64,000 nucleotides of DNA from NCBI GenBank assembly GCA_015061035.1, contig SUXK01000002.1, positions 73,628 through 137,627 on the forward strand, in the 5' to 3' direction. Below, one piece after another: positions 19,924-27,638 of this stretch. This stretch comes from Bacteroidales bacterium (GTDB taxonomy: Bacteria > Bacteroidota > Bacteroidia > Bacteroidales > G3-4614). Both the position numbers and the translations under genes were made by a program. Positions within the stretch are counted from its first letter, which is position 1. Each line of letters begins with the position of its first letter. The notes under the pieces were generated by a model that did no database searches, had not been told where the DNA came from, and saw only the letters and a program-made list of their open reading frames with translations.

Positions 19924-22473
19924 ATGCGTAAATATTTTATAATATTATTTGCTACTATCTCGACACTCCTTTTTGCAATGCCGACCTCGGTGCAAGCGCA
20001 AACTACATACGTTTCGGGTATTGTAACCGACTCTACCACAAACGAGCCAATGCCTTATGTTACTGTATATTTTAGAGGCACACAAACGGTTCAGATGACT
20101 GACGAGGCTGGATACTTTTCAATAAAAACAAGTACTGATTCAAAAGAGTTAATTGTATCTTCGGTTGGCTACAAAGATTACGTTTACCCTGTTATAAGAG
20201 GTGAAAAGTATCAAATCTCGGTAAAGTTGCAAAACGAAGAGTATGCAATGGAAGAAGTAGTGGTTAAACCTAAACGCGAAAGATATAAGCGCAGAGGAAA
20301 CCCTGCCGTAGAGTTTGTAAAGAAAGTTATTAAAGCAGGAGAAAGCAATAGTTTAGAAGAGAAGGATTATTATACTCATGACCAGTATGATAGGTTAACT
20401 CTTGCTTTTAATGATTTTAATGAAAGCAAGAAAGAGAAACCTATTTTTCGCAAATTTAAATTCTTGTTTGATTATGTTGATACTTCGGAAGTTTCGGGTA
20501 AGCCTATCTTGACAGTATCAATAAAAGAGCGTAATTCTAAGATATACTACAAGAAAGAGGGAAATACTAAAAAGCAATATATTGAGGCTATCAGACGTAT
20601 GGGTATTGATGACATGCTCAACCAAGAGAGTATGCAACAATTCTATGATGAACTTTTTAAGGAGGTTAATATTTACGATAACCAAATTAATTTGATGCTT
20701 ACTCGCTTTGTGAGTCCTCTTTCAAATATTGCTCCTTCGTTTTATAAATTCTACCTTTTAGACACTATTGCTATTGATAGTGTTCAATGTGTTGATTTAG
20801 GATTTGCTCCTCACAACTCTGAATCCAATGGTTTTGTGGGACACCTTTACGTTACTCTCGACTCTACATACTTTGTCAAGAAAGTAGATATGAACGTACC
20901 TAAAGATATTAATCTTAACTACGTTCAGAGTATGAAGATTAAACAGGAGTTTACTCGTACTGAAGACGGATTGCGTATCAAGAAATTGGATGACGCAATT
21001 GTTGAAATGAAACTGATGCCAGGTATTCAAGGATTACACGTAAGGCGTTTAATTGGTTGTAGAAACCATAGTTTTGAGGCTCCTGCTGATAGTTCAATTT
21101 TTGAAAAAGAGGGCGCAGTTATTGAGGATGAGTACGCTTTAATGCAACCAAATCAATATTGGGAAGATAATCGTATGATTCCTATCAAGAAGAAAGAGAA
21201 CTCAGTGGATAAAATTCTTGCTCAACTTAGACAGAATAAGGTATTTTATTGGTCTGAGAAAATTCTCACAAGTTTGGTGTCTGGATATGTTCCAACCTCT
21301 AAGAATAGCAAGTTTGATTTAGGCCCTTTGAATACTACTATTAGTGGTAATACCGTTGAGGGTGCTCGTTTAAGAATTGGTGGTATGACTACTCCTAACT
21401 TACACAAACGTATCTTCTTGGATGGTTACGTGGCATTTGGTACTCGCGACAAGAAGTTTAAATACAAAGCCGATTTCATATACTCTTTTATTGATAAAAA
21501 GGAGCATTACAAAGAGTATCCAATTCATCAAATTCGTCTATCACACAAGTACGATATTAACCAACTTGGTCAGCAATACAGATTTACCAATAAGGATAAT
21601 GTATTCTTGGCTCTTAAACGTATGAAAGATGTTCGCTCTACATATTTGAGAACTTCTGAGATTGAGTATATGAGAGAACACAGACATGGATTATCGTATA
21701 ATATAGGTTTTGCATTTAAGACCGAGGAGGCTACTCAATGGATGGAGTTTGTTGATGGTTACGGAAACTCTCTTAAGAAATATGACCAAGCAGACTTCAA
21801 TATAAAAATAAGATATGCCCACAAAGAGCGTTTCTATCAGACTAAAGGTCAACGATACCCTATTTCAAAAACAGCTCCTATTATTTTGCTTAACCACGGA
21901 ATGGGATGGAAAGGTTTCTTGAATAGTAAGTACAACTACCAACGCACCGATTTAAGCCTACAAAAGGCTTTCTGGTTCTCAACTTACGGACACTTGAATG
22001 CTGGTCTTAAGTTCTCAAAGGTATGGACTAAGACTCCATATACAGCATTGATTATTCCAGATGCCAACCTTACTTATACAATTCAACCTCAATCGTTCTC
22101 AGTATTGAATCCTGTTGAGTTTATTTTTGACAACTACGCTGCTTGGGATCTTGAGTATTATGCCAATGGTATTCTGTTTAACCACATTCCATATATAAAA
22201 TATTTGAAAATAAGAGAGGTTGTTTCGTTTAGAGGTTTCTTTGGTTATTTGTCGGATAAGAATAATCCCGAGAAAGATCCCACACTTTGGCGTTTCCCCG
22301 ATGTTAACCAAAATGCTCATTGGAAACCTAAATTGCCATATATGGAGGTGGGTGTTGGATTGGACAACATATTAAGTATTTTAAGAATTGAATATGTATT
22401 CCGTGTAACATACAGAGATTTACCGAATATTAAAAAAGGTGGCGTGAGAATTGAGTTACACTTCTCATTCTAA
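19924..22473 (+). CDS. CarboxypepD_reg-like plus DUF5686-like outer-membrane protein
   Basis: The start is moved to ATG (MRKYFIILFATIS, a signal peptide). The N-terminal YVSGIVTDSTTNEPMPYVTVYF matches the carboxypeptidase-regulatory fold, and the C-terminus is beta-barrel-like, ending ...ELHFSF. Confidence 0.8.
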   Translation: MRKYFIILFATISTLLFAMPTSVQAQTTYVSGIVTDSTTNEPMPYVTVYFRGTQTVQMTDEAGYFSIKTSTDSKELIVSSVGYKDYVYPVIRGEKYQISVKLQNEEYAMEEVVVKPKRERYKRRGNPAVEFVKKVIKAGESNSLEEKDYYTHDQYDRLTLAFNDFNESKKEKPIFRKFKFLFDYVDTSEVSGKPILTVSIKERNSKIYYKKEGNTKKQYIEAIRRMGIDDMLNQESMQQFYDELFKEVNIYDNQINLMLTRFVSPLSNIAPSFYKFYLLDTIAIDSVQCVDLGFAPHNSESNGFVGHLYVTLDSTYFVKKVDMNVPKDINLNYVQSMKIKQEFTRTEDGLRIKKLDDAIVEMKLMPGIQGLHVRRLIGCRNHSFEAPADSSIFEKEGAVIEDEYALMQPNQYWEDNRMIPIKKKENSVDKILAQLRQNKVFYWSEKILTSLVSGYVPTSKNSKFDLGPLNTTISGNTVEGARLRIGGMTTPNLHKRIFLDGYVAFGTRDKKFKYKADFIYSFIDKKEHYKEYPIHQIRLSHKYDINQLGQQYRFTNKDNVFLALKRMKDVRSTYLRTSEIEYMREHRHGLSYNIGFAFKTEEATQWMEFVDGYGNSLKKYDQADFNIKIRYAHKERFYQTKGQRYPISKTAPIILLNHGMGWKGFLNSKYNYQRTDLSLQKAFWFSTYGHLNAGLKFSKVWTKTPYTALIIPDANLTYTIQPQSFSVLNPVEFIFDNYAAWDLEYYANGILFNHIPYIKYLKIREVVSFRGFFGYLSDKNNPEKDPTLWRFPDVNQNAHWKPKLPYMEVGVGLDNILSILRIEYVFRVTYRDLPNIKKGGVRIELHFSF

Positions 22474-22482
22474 TAAAGAGAT

Positions 22483-23025
22483 ATGATTATTGCAAAAGAG
22501 AAGAGAGAGAACAATATAGCCGAATATCTGCTTTATATGTGGCAGGTGGAGGATATAATCAGAGCATGTAAATATGACATTGCTCTGATTAATGCTAATA
22601 TTGTGGAGGGTTATAATGTTGCTCCAGAGGTTAAAGCCGAGATAAGGAATTGGTATGAGAACCTAATTGAAATGATGCGAAATGAGGGCAAATTGGAGAG
22701 AGGTCATTTGCAGATTAACACAAATGTCATTATCAAACTCAACGACCTTCACTCTCAACTTCTGGCTTCGCACAAGATGCCTCTTTATACCGCCGCTTTT
22801 TACAAAGCACTACCTTACATTAACGAGATAAAGGGTAAACAAGGGGCAAATGAGTGTAGTGATATTGAGACTGCGTTCAATATGCTATACGGATTATTGA
22901 TGCTACGTTTAACTAAAAAAGAGATTTCGGAAGAGACAATTGCTGCAAGTAAAACTATTTCGCAGTTTTTATCTCATCTCTCAGAACTATATAAACAAGA
23001 TAAAGCAGGCGAATTAGAGTTATAA
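22483..23025 (+). CDS. DUF4924-like protein
   Basis: 180 aa (NIAEYLLYMWQVEDIIRA...). The family name is recalled, and it is a conserved neighbour of the preceding gene. Confidence 0.6.
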   Translation: MIIAKEKRENNIAEYLLYMWQVEDIIRACKYDIALINANIVEGYNVAPEVKAEIRNWYENLIEMMRNEGKLERGHLQINTNVIIKLNDLHSQLLASHKMPLYTAAFYKALPYINEIKGKQGANECSDIETAFNMLYGLLMLRLTKKEISEETIAASKTISQFLSHLSELYKQDKAGELEL

Positions 23026-23032
23026 TAGTTTT

Positions 23033-23902
23033 ATGGCAGTTTTATTAATTACAGGTGCTAATGGTCAATTAGGCAATGAGATGCGTTGCATTGCTGATAG
23101 AGATAATATCAATTCTTACATTTTTACCGATGTTGAGGAGTTGGATATTACAAACTTTAGTGATATTTGTAATTTTGTTGAAATTCACAAACCTAACTTT
23201 ATCATTAACTGTGCCGCATATACTGCTGTTGACAAAGCAGAAGATGATAGTGAGATTTGTGCTAAAATAAATACTCTCGCAGTTGAGAACTTAGCCAATG
23301 CCGCAAAGATTGCCAACGCAAAAGTTATTCATGTATCAACCGACTATGTTTATGGTGGAGATGCTACTATGCCATACATAGAGAGCGACACAACAAATCC
23401 AAAATCAGTATATGGCAAAACAAAACTTGAAGGAGAGATTGCTCTTGCCAATATATTACCCGAACAGAGTATTACAATAAGAACTTCATGGTTATACTCA
23501 TCTTTTGGTAGAAATTTTGTTAAGACAATGATTTCACTTGGCAAAGAGCGTGAGAGTTTAAATGTTGTTTGCGATCAACGTGGAACTCCTACTTTTGCCC
23601 GTGATTTGGCAAATGCTATTATGAGTATTGTAAACTCAAATAAGTTTGAGTCTGGGATATACAACTATTCAAATGAGGGAGAATGTTCGTGGCATGAGTT
23701 TGCTTGTGAGATTTTTAAAATTGCAGATATTGATTGCATGGTTAATGCCATTACAACTGACCAATACCCAACAAAGGCTCAAAGACCTGCATATAGTGTT
23801 TTAGATAAGAGCAAAATTAAAAAGGTGTATGGTTTAGAGATACCCGAATGGAGAGAGAGTTTAAAAGAGTGTATTAAGTTATTAAATAGTAATATAGATT
23901 AA
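23033..23902 (+). CDS. rfbD: dTDP-4-dehydrorhamnose reductase
   Basis: 289 aa with [17 protein letters not shown] and YG.TKL.GE motifs. Confidence 0.9.
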   Translation: MAVLLITGANGQLGNEMRCIADRDNINSYIFTDVEELDITNFSDICNFVEIHKPNFIINCAAYTAVDKAEDDSEICAKINTLAVENLANAAKIANAKVIHVSTDYVYGGDATMPYIESDTTNPKSVYGKTKLEGEIALANILPEQSITIRTSWLYSSFGRNFVKTMISLGKERESLNVVCDQRGTPTFARDLANAIMSIVNSNKFESGIYNYSNEGECSWHEFACEIFKIADIDCMVNAITTDQYPTKAQRPAYSVLDKSKIKKVYGLEIPEWRESLKECIKLLNSNID

Positions 23903-23906
23903 TTTT

Positions 23907-25487
23907 ATGAGTACCCTAACACAAGAGATAGAGAGAAGAAGGACATTTGCAATTATTAGCCACCCTGATGCCGGTAAAACAACTCTTACTGAGAAGTTAT
24001 TGCTTTTTGGTGGTGCTATTCATATTGCTGGTGCTGTTAAATCGAACAAGATTAAAAAGACAGCAACTTCGGACTGGATGGAAATTGAGAAACAACGTGG
24101 TATCTCGGTTGCCACCTCTGTTATGGGTTTTGAATACAACAACCATAAAATTAATATTCTTGACACTCCCGGTCACCAAGATTTTGCCGAAGATACTTAT
24201 CGCACTCTAACGGCTGTTGATAGCGTTATTATTGTTGTTGACGTTGCTAAGGGTGTGGAGATGCAGACTCGTAAACTTATGGAGGTTTGCCGTATGCGTA
24301 AAACTCCCGTTATTATCTTTGTAAATAAACTGGACCGCGAAGGTAGAGACCCTTTTGAAATTCTTGATGAATTGGAGAGTGAGTTGAAAATTTCGGTACG
24401 TCCTTTAAGTTGGCCTATTAACATTGGTCAAAGATTTAAAGGTGTTTATAATATATATGAGAAAAACTTAAACCTTTACACTCCAAGCAAACAGGTTGTT
24501 ACCGAAAGTGTTGAGTTTACCGATATTAACAACCCAGAACTTGAGAATTATATTGGCGAGGATGATGCCGAACGTTTGAGAAATGACCTTGAACTTATAT
24601 CGGGAGTATATCCTGATTTTGAGAAGGAGGAGTATCTTAAAGGAGAACTTGCTCCTGTATTCTTTGGTTCTGCTCTTAACAACTTTGGTGTTAAAGAGTT
24701 ATTAGATTGCTTTATTGATATTGCTCCTACCCCACGTCCTATAAATGCTATTGAGCGTGAAGTTAAGCCTGAAGAGGAGGCTTTTACTGGGTTTGTATTT
24801 AAAATTCACGCAAATATGGATCCCAACCACCGCAGTTGTATTGCCTTTGTTAAGGTTTGTTCGGGTAAATTTGTCAGAAACGAAAACTACAAACATGTTC
24901 GCCATGGCAAGATGATGCGTTTCTCAAGCCCAACTGCTTTTATGGCTCAAAAGAAATCGGTTTTGGACGAGGCATATCCTGGTGATATTGTTGGTTTGCC
25001 AGATACTGGTAACTTTAAAATTGGAGATACTTTAACTGCAGGAGAGGAGTTACACTTTAAAGGGTTACCAAGTTTCTCTCCCGAAATGTTTAAGTATATT
25101 GAGAATAGTGACCCAATGAAGGCCAAACAACTTAATAAGGGTATTGATCAACTTATGGATGAGGGTGTAGCCCAATCGTTTGTTAACCAATACAACAACC
25201 GTAAGATTATTGGTACTGTCGGACAACTTCAGTTTGAGGTTATTCAATACCGCCTACTACATGAATATGGTGCTCAATGTAAATGGGAGCCTATATCATT
25301 GTATAAGGCTTGCTGGATTGAGAGCGATGATAAAGCAGAGTTGGAGAACTTTAAGAAACGCAAATACCAATATATGGCAAAGGATAAAGAAGGTAGAGAT
25401 GTTTTCCTTGCCGACTCTGCCTACGTTCTACAAATGGCTCAGAGCGATTTTCCAAAAATTAAATTCCACTTTACAAGTGAGTTTTAG
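23907..25487 (+). CDS. prfC: Peptide chain release factor 3
   Basis: 526 aa with the GTPase motifs [17 protein letters not shown] and NKLD, and RF3-specific regions. Confidence 0.95.
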   Translation: MSTLTQEIERRRTFAIISHPDAGKTTLTEKLLLFGGAIHIAGAVKSNKIKKTATSDWMEIEKQRGISVATSVMGFEYNNHKINILDTPGHQDFAEDTYRTLTAVDSVIIVVDVAKGVEMQTRKLMEVCRMRKTPVIIFVNKLDREGRDPFEILDELESELKISVRPLSWPINIGQRFKGVYNIYEKNLNLYTPSKQVVTESVEFTDINNPELENYIGEDDAERLRNDLELISGVYPDFEKEEYLKGELAPVFFGSALNNFGVKELLDCFIDIAPTPRPINAIEREVKPEEEAFTGFVFKIHANMDPNHRSCIAFVKVCSGKFVRNENYKHVRHGKMMRFSSPTAFMAQKKSVLDEAYPGDIVGLPDTGNFKIGDTLTAGEELHFKGLPSFSPEMFKYIENSDPMKAKQLNKGIDQLMDEGVAQSFVNQYNNRKIIGTVGQLQFEVIQYRLLHEYGAQCKWEPISLYKACWIESDDKAELENFKKRKYQYMAKDKEGRDVFLADSAYVLQMAQSDFPKIKFHFTSEF

Positions 25488-25547
25488 TTTTTAAGATTGG
25501 TCATATTTGTCAAATTAGACTAATTGGTATAATTGGGGAATATAAAC

Positions 25548-25585
25548 AAGAGGCTGTGTCAAAATAAAATTTGGCTCAGCCTCTT
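25548..25585 (+). terminator. Hairpin after prfC
   Basis: 9-bp stem aagaggctg/cagcctctt with a 20-nt loop. The trailing U tract is weak. Confidence 0.45.
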
Positions 25586-25732
25586 AAGGTATTTGAAAAT
25601 TGATAAAATGCAAGGCGTTGAAATTTAGTGCGAAAGATGTGTACATAGGTACATAACTGAGCCCTAATATTGAAAACAACACAGTATTTTATCAATTATG
25701 ACACACTGTCCACAATAATTTGTTTAGACTTA

Positions 25733-26083
25733 TTAATTACAGATTGTTTGAGTATTAAAAGCCACTGCATCATACACCGTGCGTCTTTTATATCTAGGTA
25801 ACGTTTTCCCTTTCCATTCGCCTGTTCCATATTCTTGAGCTCCTTCACACATAGTAGAACATTGTTTTTTTGCTTGAGTACGGGCATCTTCAGGAGAACT
25901 TGCGCAAACTTGTATTATTTGAGTCTCATTAGCTCCTGTAGAGTGACCTACCTCGCCTTCATAACGATCATAAAGATAATAATCTACAGAAATTGTAACA
26001 GTTACACTATATATATAATCTGCCGCTTTTATTTGAGAACAAAAAGCAAAGGCTATCATTAAAATAAATATAATCTTTTTCAT
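25733..26083 (-). CDS. Small secreted protein, four Cys in the mature part, no recognised family
   Basis: 116 aa with signal peptide MKKIIFILMIAFAFCSQIKA. The mature region contains QVCASS, KKQCSTMCEG and a terminal QTICN. Confidence 0.6.
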   Translation of the reverse strand: MKKIIFILMIAFAFCSQIKAADYIYSVTVTISVDYYLYDRYEGEVGHSTGANETQIIQVCASSPEDARTQAKKQCSTMCEGAQEYGTGEWKGKTLPRYKRRTVYDAVAFNTQTICN

Positions 26084-26153
26084 AATAATAATTTTTTAAT
26101 ATTTCCTACTCACTTATCGGCTTTTCGGTTTACTCCGTCATTGTTAAAAAAAA

Positions 26154-26309
26154 TTAGTAACGGTATTCTTCAGGTGCAGTCAAATTCCATCCTTGCCTGA
26201 AAGATTCTTGGTAGGCTGGATCACTAAAGATAGCACAACTTTGAAGTGCAGCACTTAGTAATGTAGTAGCAACTATCACCACAAAGAAACGATAAATATT
26301 CTTTTTCAT
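26154..26309 (-). CDS. 51-aa lipoprotein (below the ORF-track cutoff)
   Basis: My manual translation reads MKKNIYRFFVVIVATTLLSAALQSCAIFSDPAYQESFRQGWNLTAPEEYRY*. It has a lipobox LQSC and sits 70 nt upstream of the 116-aa gene on the same strand. Confidence 0.5.
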   Translation of the reverse strand: MKKNIYRFFVVIVATTLLSAALQSCAIFSDPAYQESFRQGWNLTAPEEYRY

Positions 26310-26371
26310 TTTTTTATCAAATTAAAATTATTAATTCACTGTTCCTTTACAATAGGGGTAAATACGCACAT

Positions 26372-26686
26372 AAAAAAAGCACGGAACTTTTAGCGTTTCC
26401 ATTCAGAGGTGTTTGGCGTAACCCAGCAGTAAAACGACTAAAAGCCCGTGTAAAAACACGAGCATTTATAACCGTATTCCCACTGCTATTCTTATAGTCG
26501 CCAAACTTTCTGAATAGTAGAATATAGCTATAATGCTTTTTCCAATATGTTCAAGATGTGCGTATCAATTATACGCTAATATTTCATAGGCAAAAATTAT
26601 TATTCCTCATCCCAACCCCCTCAAGTAGAGAGAGCCTAAATATGAGATTGTTATTACTTTTATTTATCAAATAAATATTTTGTTTA
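26372..26686 (-). ncRNA. Candidate structured leader or sRNA, unclassified
   Basis: It starts about 7 nt after the promoter at 26723-26693. A long-range helix pairs 26401-26418 with 26499-26515 (7+8 bp). Internal hairpins include gcccgtg/cacgagc, which becomes fully paired with a U.G on the minus strand. A weak hairpin plus U7 lies at 26400-26372. No ORF with a start codon is present. Confidence 0.45.
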
Positions 26687-26692
26687 TTATCG

Positions 26693-26723
26693 CAAAGGTA
26701 TTAAAAATATTATTACTACCAAA
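26693..26723 (-). promoter_or_regulatory. Bacteroides-type promoter (-33 TTTG / -7 TAccTTTG)
   Basis: The minus strand reads gaTTTTGg, 19 nt, then TAccTTTG, which matches consensus spacing. Confidence 0.55.
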
Positions 26724-26782
26724 ATCAATTAGCAGATTCAATAAGCATATGCTCATTATCTACTGATTTAATTACCTTTTTT

Positions 26783-26823
26783 CCTCCGTCGCACAGAGCA
26801 CTGATTCCCTCCGTCGCATAGAG
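26783..26823. repeat. Two 16-nt direct repeats CCTCCGTCGCAYAGAG with a 25-nt period
   Basis: 26783-26798 and 26808-26823 differ at one position. On the minus strand each can fold as CUCU-RUGCGAC-GGAG. Confidence 0.7.
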
Positions 26824-26846
26824 GATATGCTCCCCATACTGCGGCC

Positions 26847-26958
26847 GGATTAACATTCAGTTAATCCTATTTGTTTCACAAATACCTTGTATGCCCCACT
26901 TTAAGGCACGAATTGACATGCAAGTCAATTCTAATTACTACGTAATTACCTTAAAGTG
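26847..26958. other. Cluster of perfect stem-loops including a perfect three-way junction
   Basis: H1 is ggattaac/gttaatcc (26847-26867). H2 is tatttgt/acaaata (26868-26884). The outer helix cactttaagg/ccttaaagtg (26897-26906 / 26949-26958) encloses gaattgac/gtcaattc (26910-26931) and taattac/gtaatta (26932-26948). Confidence 0.7.
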
Positions 26959-27506
26959 CCCTCGAATACTTGAGATGAACCTAATGAATATACTGCTCCT
27001 GTCATTGATATATTACGTGCTCCCCTATCCATATTTAGATAGAGATCTCCCATATTTGAGTTACGTTGAAGGTTTAATGTTGCTGTTGCATTTAACAGTG
27101 TTCCGTTCAATCGTAATGAGTATGATATATTGCCATGTCGGTCAACATCTACTGCCTCTATTTTTATTAATCCTGTAGTGGTTATTCCTCCCATATTGTT
27201 TGGTCCTCCACCAAATCCTGTTGAGGTTTGAAAGGTGAATTGTTCTCCTTGCACCATTAAAAAGTTTAGGTTTGATGGTACATTCATCATTGCTCCACCG
27301 CTTACATTAATTGATATTGCATTAAATATCCATTCGCCACTATCTATTGCGTTTTTTGCCATTACTCCTGCAATGGAATCTTTTTGCGCTTCAAGCATTC
27401 GTTTTGCCGCTTTCTGCTCTTTTTTAGAGATTTCAACTTCTTGTGCCGATAGATTTGTTGTAAATGCAAATACTAATATTGCTATTAGGGTAAATAATCT
27501 TTTCAT
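26946..27506 (-). CDS. Secreted DUF4251-like protein
   Basis: 186 aa with a signal peptide, a lysine-rich helix and a Gly/Asn-rich beta region. The family name is recalled. Confidence 0.6.
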   Translation of the reverse strand: MKRLFTLIAILVFAFTTNLSAQEVEISKKEQKAAKRMLEAQKDSIAGVMAKNAIDSGEWIFNAISINVSGGAMMNVPSNLNFLMVQGEQFTFQTSTGFGGGPNNMGGITTTGLIKIEAVDVDRHGNISYSLRLNGTLLNATATLNLQRNSNMGDLYLNMDRGARNISMTGAVYSLGSSQVFEGTLR

Positions 27507-27593
27507 TGTCTTAATTTTTTTTGCTAAGGTATTAATATTTTTTTAATTATCAAGCGTATAAACCTTTTTTATGGCTTGTTTTGTTTTATTATT

Positions 27594-27630
27594 AAAAAAA
27601 GAGAAATTGTTCGCTGAACAATTTCTCTTT
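27594..27630 (-). terminator. Intrinsic terminator after lepA
   Basis: 12-bp stem agagaaattgtt/aacaatttctct with a 5-nt loop, followed by U7 on the minus strand. Confidence 0.8.
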
Positions 27631-27638
27631 ATATATTT

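Noticed and set aside
19800-20039. 79-aa minus-strand ORF across the CYTH/DUF5686 divergent promoter region.
   Set aside because: It overlaps the promoter and the signal-peptide-coding start of the DUF5686-like gene in antisense. No support beyond being open.
25518-25530. AATTAG-A-CTAATT palindrome after prfC, considered as a fourth copy of the AATTAGGAAT repeat family.
   Set aside because: Only the 6-mer is shared. None of the head (GAATGAGAAATTAGGAATT) or hairpin modules is present, and a 6-mer palindrome is expected by chance in AT-rich DNA.
26345-26545. About 66 stop-free codons on the minus strand across the GC-rich patch (..GDYKNSSGNTVINARVFTRAFSRFTAGLRQTPLNGNAK..).
   Set aside because: The frame has no ATG, GTG or TTG start and no recognisable protein features. 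The same bases form the long-range helix. A decayed pseudogene cannot be excluded without blastx.
26783-26823. Direct repeats considered as a mini CRISPR array.
   Set aside because: There are only two 16-nt copies with a 9-nt spacer and no cas genes, which is far outside CRISPR repeat and spacer geometry.
26897-26958. Three-way junction considered as a hammerhead or other small self-cleaving ribozyme.
   Set aside because: The junction has only 3 unpaired nt (cac). The hammerhead core (CUGAUGA ... GAAA plus cleavage triplet) is absent on both strands.
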